Source of the DNA: Nitrospiraceae bacterium
GTDB lineage: Bacteria; Nitrospirota; Nitrospiria; Nitrospirales; Nitrospiraceae
DNA length: 64,000 nt
Assembly: GCA_050246315.1 (NCBI GenBank)
Contig: JBFWWG010000001.1
Coordinates: forward strand, 544,001-608,000
Direction of reading: 5' to 3'
A program made the translations under genes and the position numbers. Under the pieces are notes generated by a model. That model did not search any database, was not told the DNA's origin, and was given only the letters and a program-made list of their open reading frames with translations. Of this stretch, positions 63,501 to 64,000 are shown piece by piece. The number at the start of each line of letters is the position of its first letter. Within the stretch, counting starts at the first letter, position 1.

Positions 63501-63581
63501 AACGACTCGTTCAAACGCTGGCTGACCGATACCGTGTTTCGCATTACCTATGAGAGTCAGCCAGGCGCTTCGCCAAGGTGA
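60558..63581 (+). CDS. hsdR: Type I R-M restriction subunit
   Basis: DLALFINGLPIATFELK nuclease motif, HSAGSGKS, DEAH, FTATP, QTGYD, QTLSRLNR. Confidence 0.96.
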   Translation: MSTDTSERGFETLIVEAMAGRPSGEPPPPAEGIGLIRPRYGGTGWIPGQAQDYDREFCVDLPQLRTFLQATQPNIAEALDLTSDSPTRRKFLARLQGEISKRGVIDVLRHGVKDGPHHIDLFFGTPSPGNEKAGALYAANRFSVTRQLRYSRDEMQRALDLALFINGLPIATFELKNSLTKQTVEDAVEQYKRDRDPREKLFEFGRCVVHFAVDDHEVRFCTHLKGKGSWFLPFNQGWNDGTGNPPNPHGIKTDYLWRTILTREGLTDILENYAQVVEERNEKTGRMKSVQIWPRFHQLDVVRKLLAAARQHGAGRRYLIQHSAGSGKSNSIAWLSHQLIGLHKADTLTFDSIIVVTDRKILDRQIRDTIKQFAQVGATVGHAEHSGDLRQFIAEGKKIIISTVQKFPFILDEIGSEKRGRSFAIIIDEAHSSQGGRTSAALSMALSTAGAEEDDETIEDTINRLMEVKKLLPNASYFAFTATPKNKTLEIFGEALPPDAEGKVRHRPFHSYTMKQAIQEGFILDVLKHYTPVESYYKLVKKVEGDPEFDTKRAKKKLRRYVESHDHAIRLKAEIMVDHFHEQVLALNKVGGQARAMVVTSGIERAIQYFHAFGDYLAERKSPYKPTVAFSGEHEYGGAKVTEASLNGFPSSQIADKIQEDPYRFLICADKFQTGYDEPLLHTMYVDKILSGIKAVQTLSRLNRAHPQKHDVFVLDFMNDSETIQEAFADYYRATILSEETDPNKLHDLKAALDGYQVYAPAQTEQLVTLYLGGADRDKLDPILDACVAVYTEQLGEDGQVDFKGKAKAFLRAYGFLSSILPYTNADWERLSIFLNFLVPKLPAPKEEDLSKGILEAIDMDSYRVEKKAAMKIQLPDENAEIEPVPMTGGGSKAEPELDRLSNILKSFNDQFGNIPWTDADRVHKLITEDIPNRVAADTAYQNAKQNSDRQNARIEHDKALARVMTAVLKDDTELFKQFMDNDSFKRWLTDTVFRITYESQPGASPR

Positions 63582-63854
63582 GAATACACAGCGGGGACAT
63601 GGTGCGCCTAGCGAGAAGCGCAATGCTCTTGCTCGCATCCAGACCGTAGCCAACGATCCGATCGAGTTCGATCCTTCCTCACCGCCATCAGAAGGTTTCT
63701 CCCATACAAGGGTGCACTTCACTTTCTGAGGTGCTTGATGACCTCCATCACCGAGGGTTCAGCACCTGTCGGAGAGTGATCCGCGGCGATCGAATCCAAC
63801 TTGCCATGGAAGCGCTTTCTGCGCTTGTCGTCCCAAATTGACACAGTTGAATGG

Positions 63855-63914
63855 CAATGATACTTTCAGGCCACAAAGTATCATTGGTGATCAGGAAGGG
63901 AATGAAAGTATCAT
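63855..63914. promoter_or_regulatory. Operator-like inverted repeats upstream of the Fic-like gene
   Basis: CAATGATACTTT-N8-AAAGTATCATTG plus a third half-site TGAAAGTATCAT at 63903. Confidence 0.6.
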
Positions 63915-63929
63915 AGGGCGGAATGATCG

Positions 63930-64000
63930 ATGAATCCTGCTGATTTTACAGATGAAAAGAACGGACAACTGATCAAGACATCGAAGGACTATTGGGCCTT
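63930..64000 (+). CDS. Probable Fic-family protein N-terminus (runs out of window)
   Basis: MNPADFTDEKNGQLIKTSKDYWA resembles the G.l......y.aF.P.pLP start of Fic/DOC N-terminal domains; only 23 complete codons visible. Confidence 0.45.
   Translation, partial: MNPADFTDEKNGQLIKTSKDYWA

Noticed and set aside
45610..64000. attR duplicate of the tRNA-His 3' end or an integrase
   Set aside because: Neither was found by eye within the window; the island boundary remains unproven

Overview
GC-rich bacterial chromosomal window. The protein set and dispersed repeats suggest Nitrospira/Nitrospirota, which is an inference, not verified. From left to right it contains: (1) the end of a kdp K+ pump locus (kdpB partial, kdpC, kdpD, kdpE) followed by two divergent paralogous beta-barrel porins; (2) a beta-hydroxyacid dehydrogenase, a SET-domain protein and a TM0106-type nuclease; (3) a two-gene unit with a sigma54-type promoter, encoding a 1740-aa MnxG-like multicopper oxidase; (4) a lytic transglycosylase, DUF2207/lemA and an M20 peptidase; (5) a small decaying island with a Y1/HUH (RAYT-like) transposase bounded by 24-bp terminal inverted repeats with stuttered ends, a truncated SIR2-like gene, an orphan AbrB-type antitoxin and a frameshifted membrane protein; (6) an alcohol dehydrogenase and an ECF sigma/zinc anti-sigma/cupredoxin/PH-domain/cytochrome c cluster; (7) a housekeeping block (der, HAD hydrolase, methyltransferase, leuS-lptE-holA, rpsT, pyrF, tRNA-His); (8) an accessory region after the tRNA with MITEs, a Kef-like antiporter, DUF3141-pta-ackA, a type I R-M locus with two embedded cargo genes (one with a nonsense mutation) and the start of a Fic-like gene. 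At least five families of short non-autonomous repeats and a heptamer-array family recur in intergenic DNA. The best candidates for an under-described system are the TIR-bounded HUH element with reiterated junctions, the modular YTAG-targeting MITE/REP stacks, and the sigma54-linked MnxG-like unit. All family assignments come from motif recognition by eye; no database search was run.
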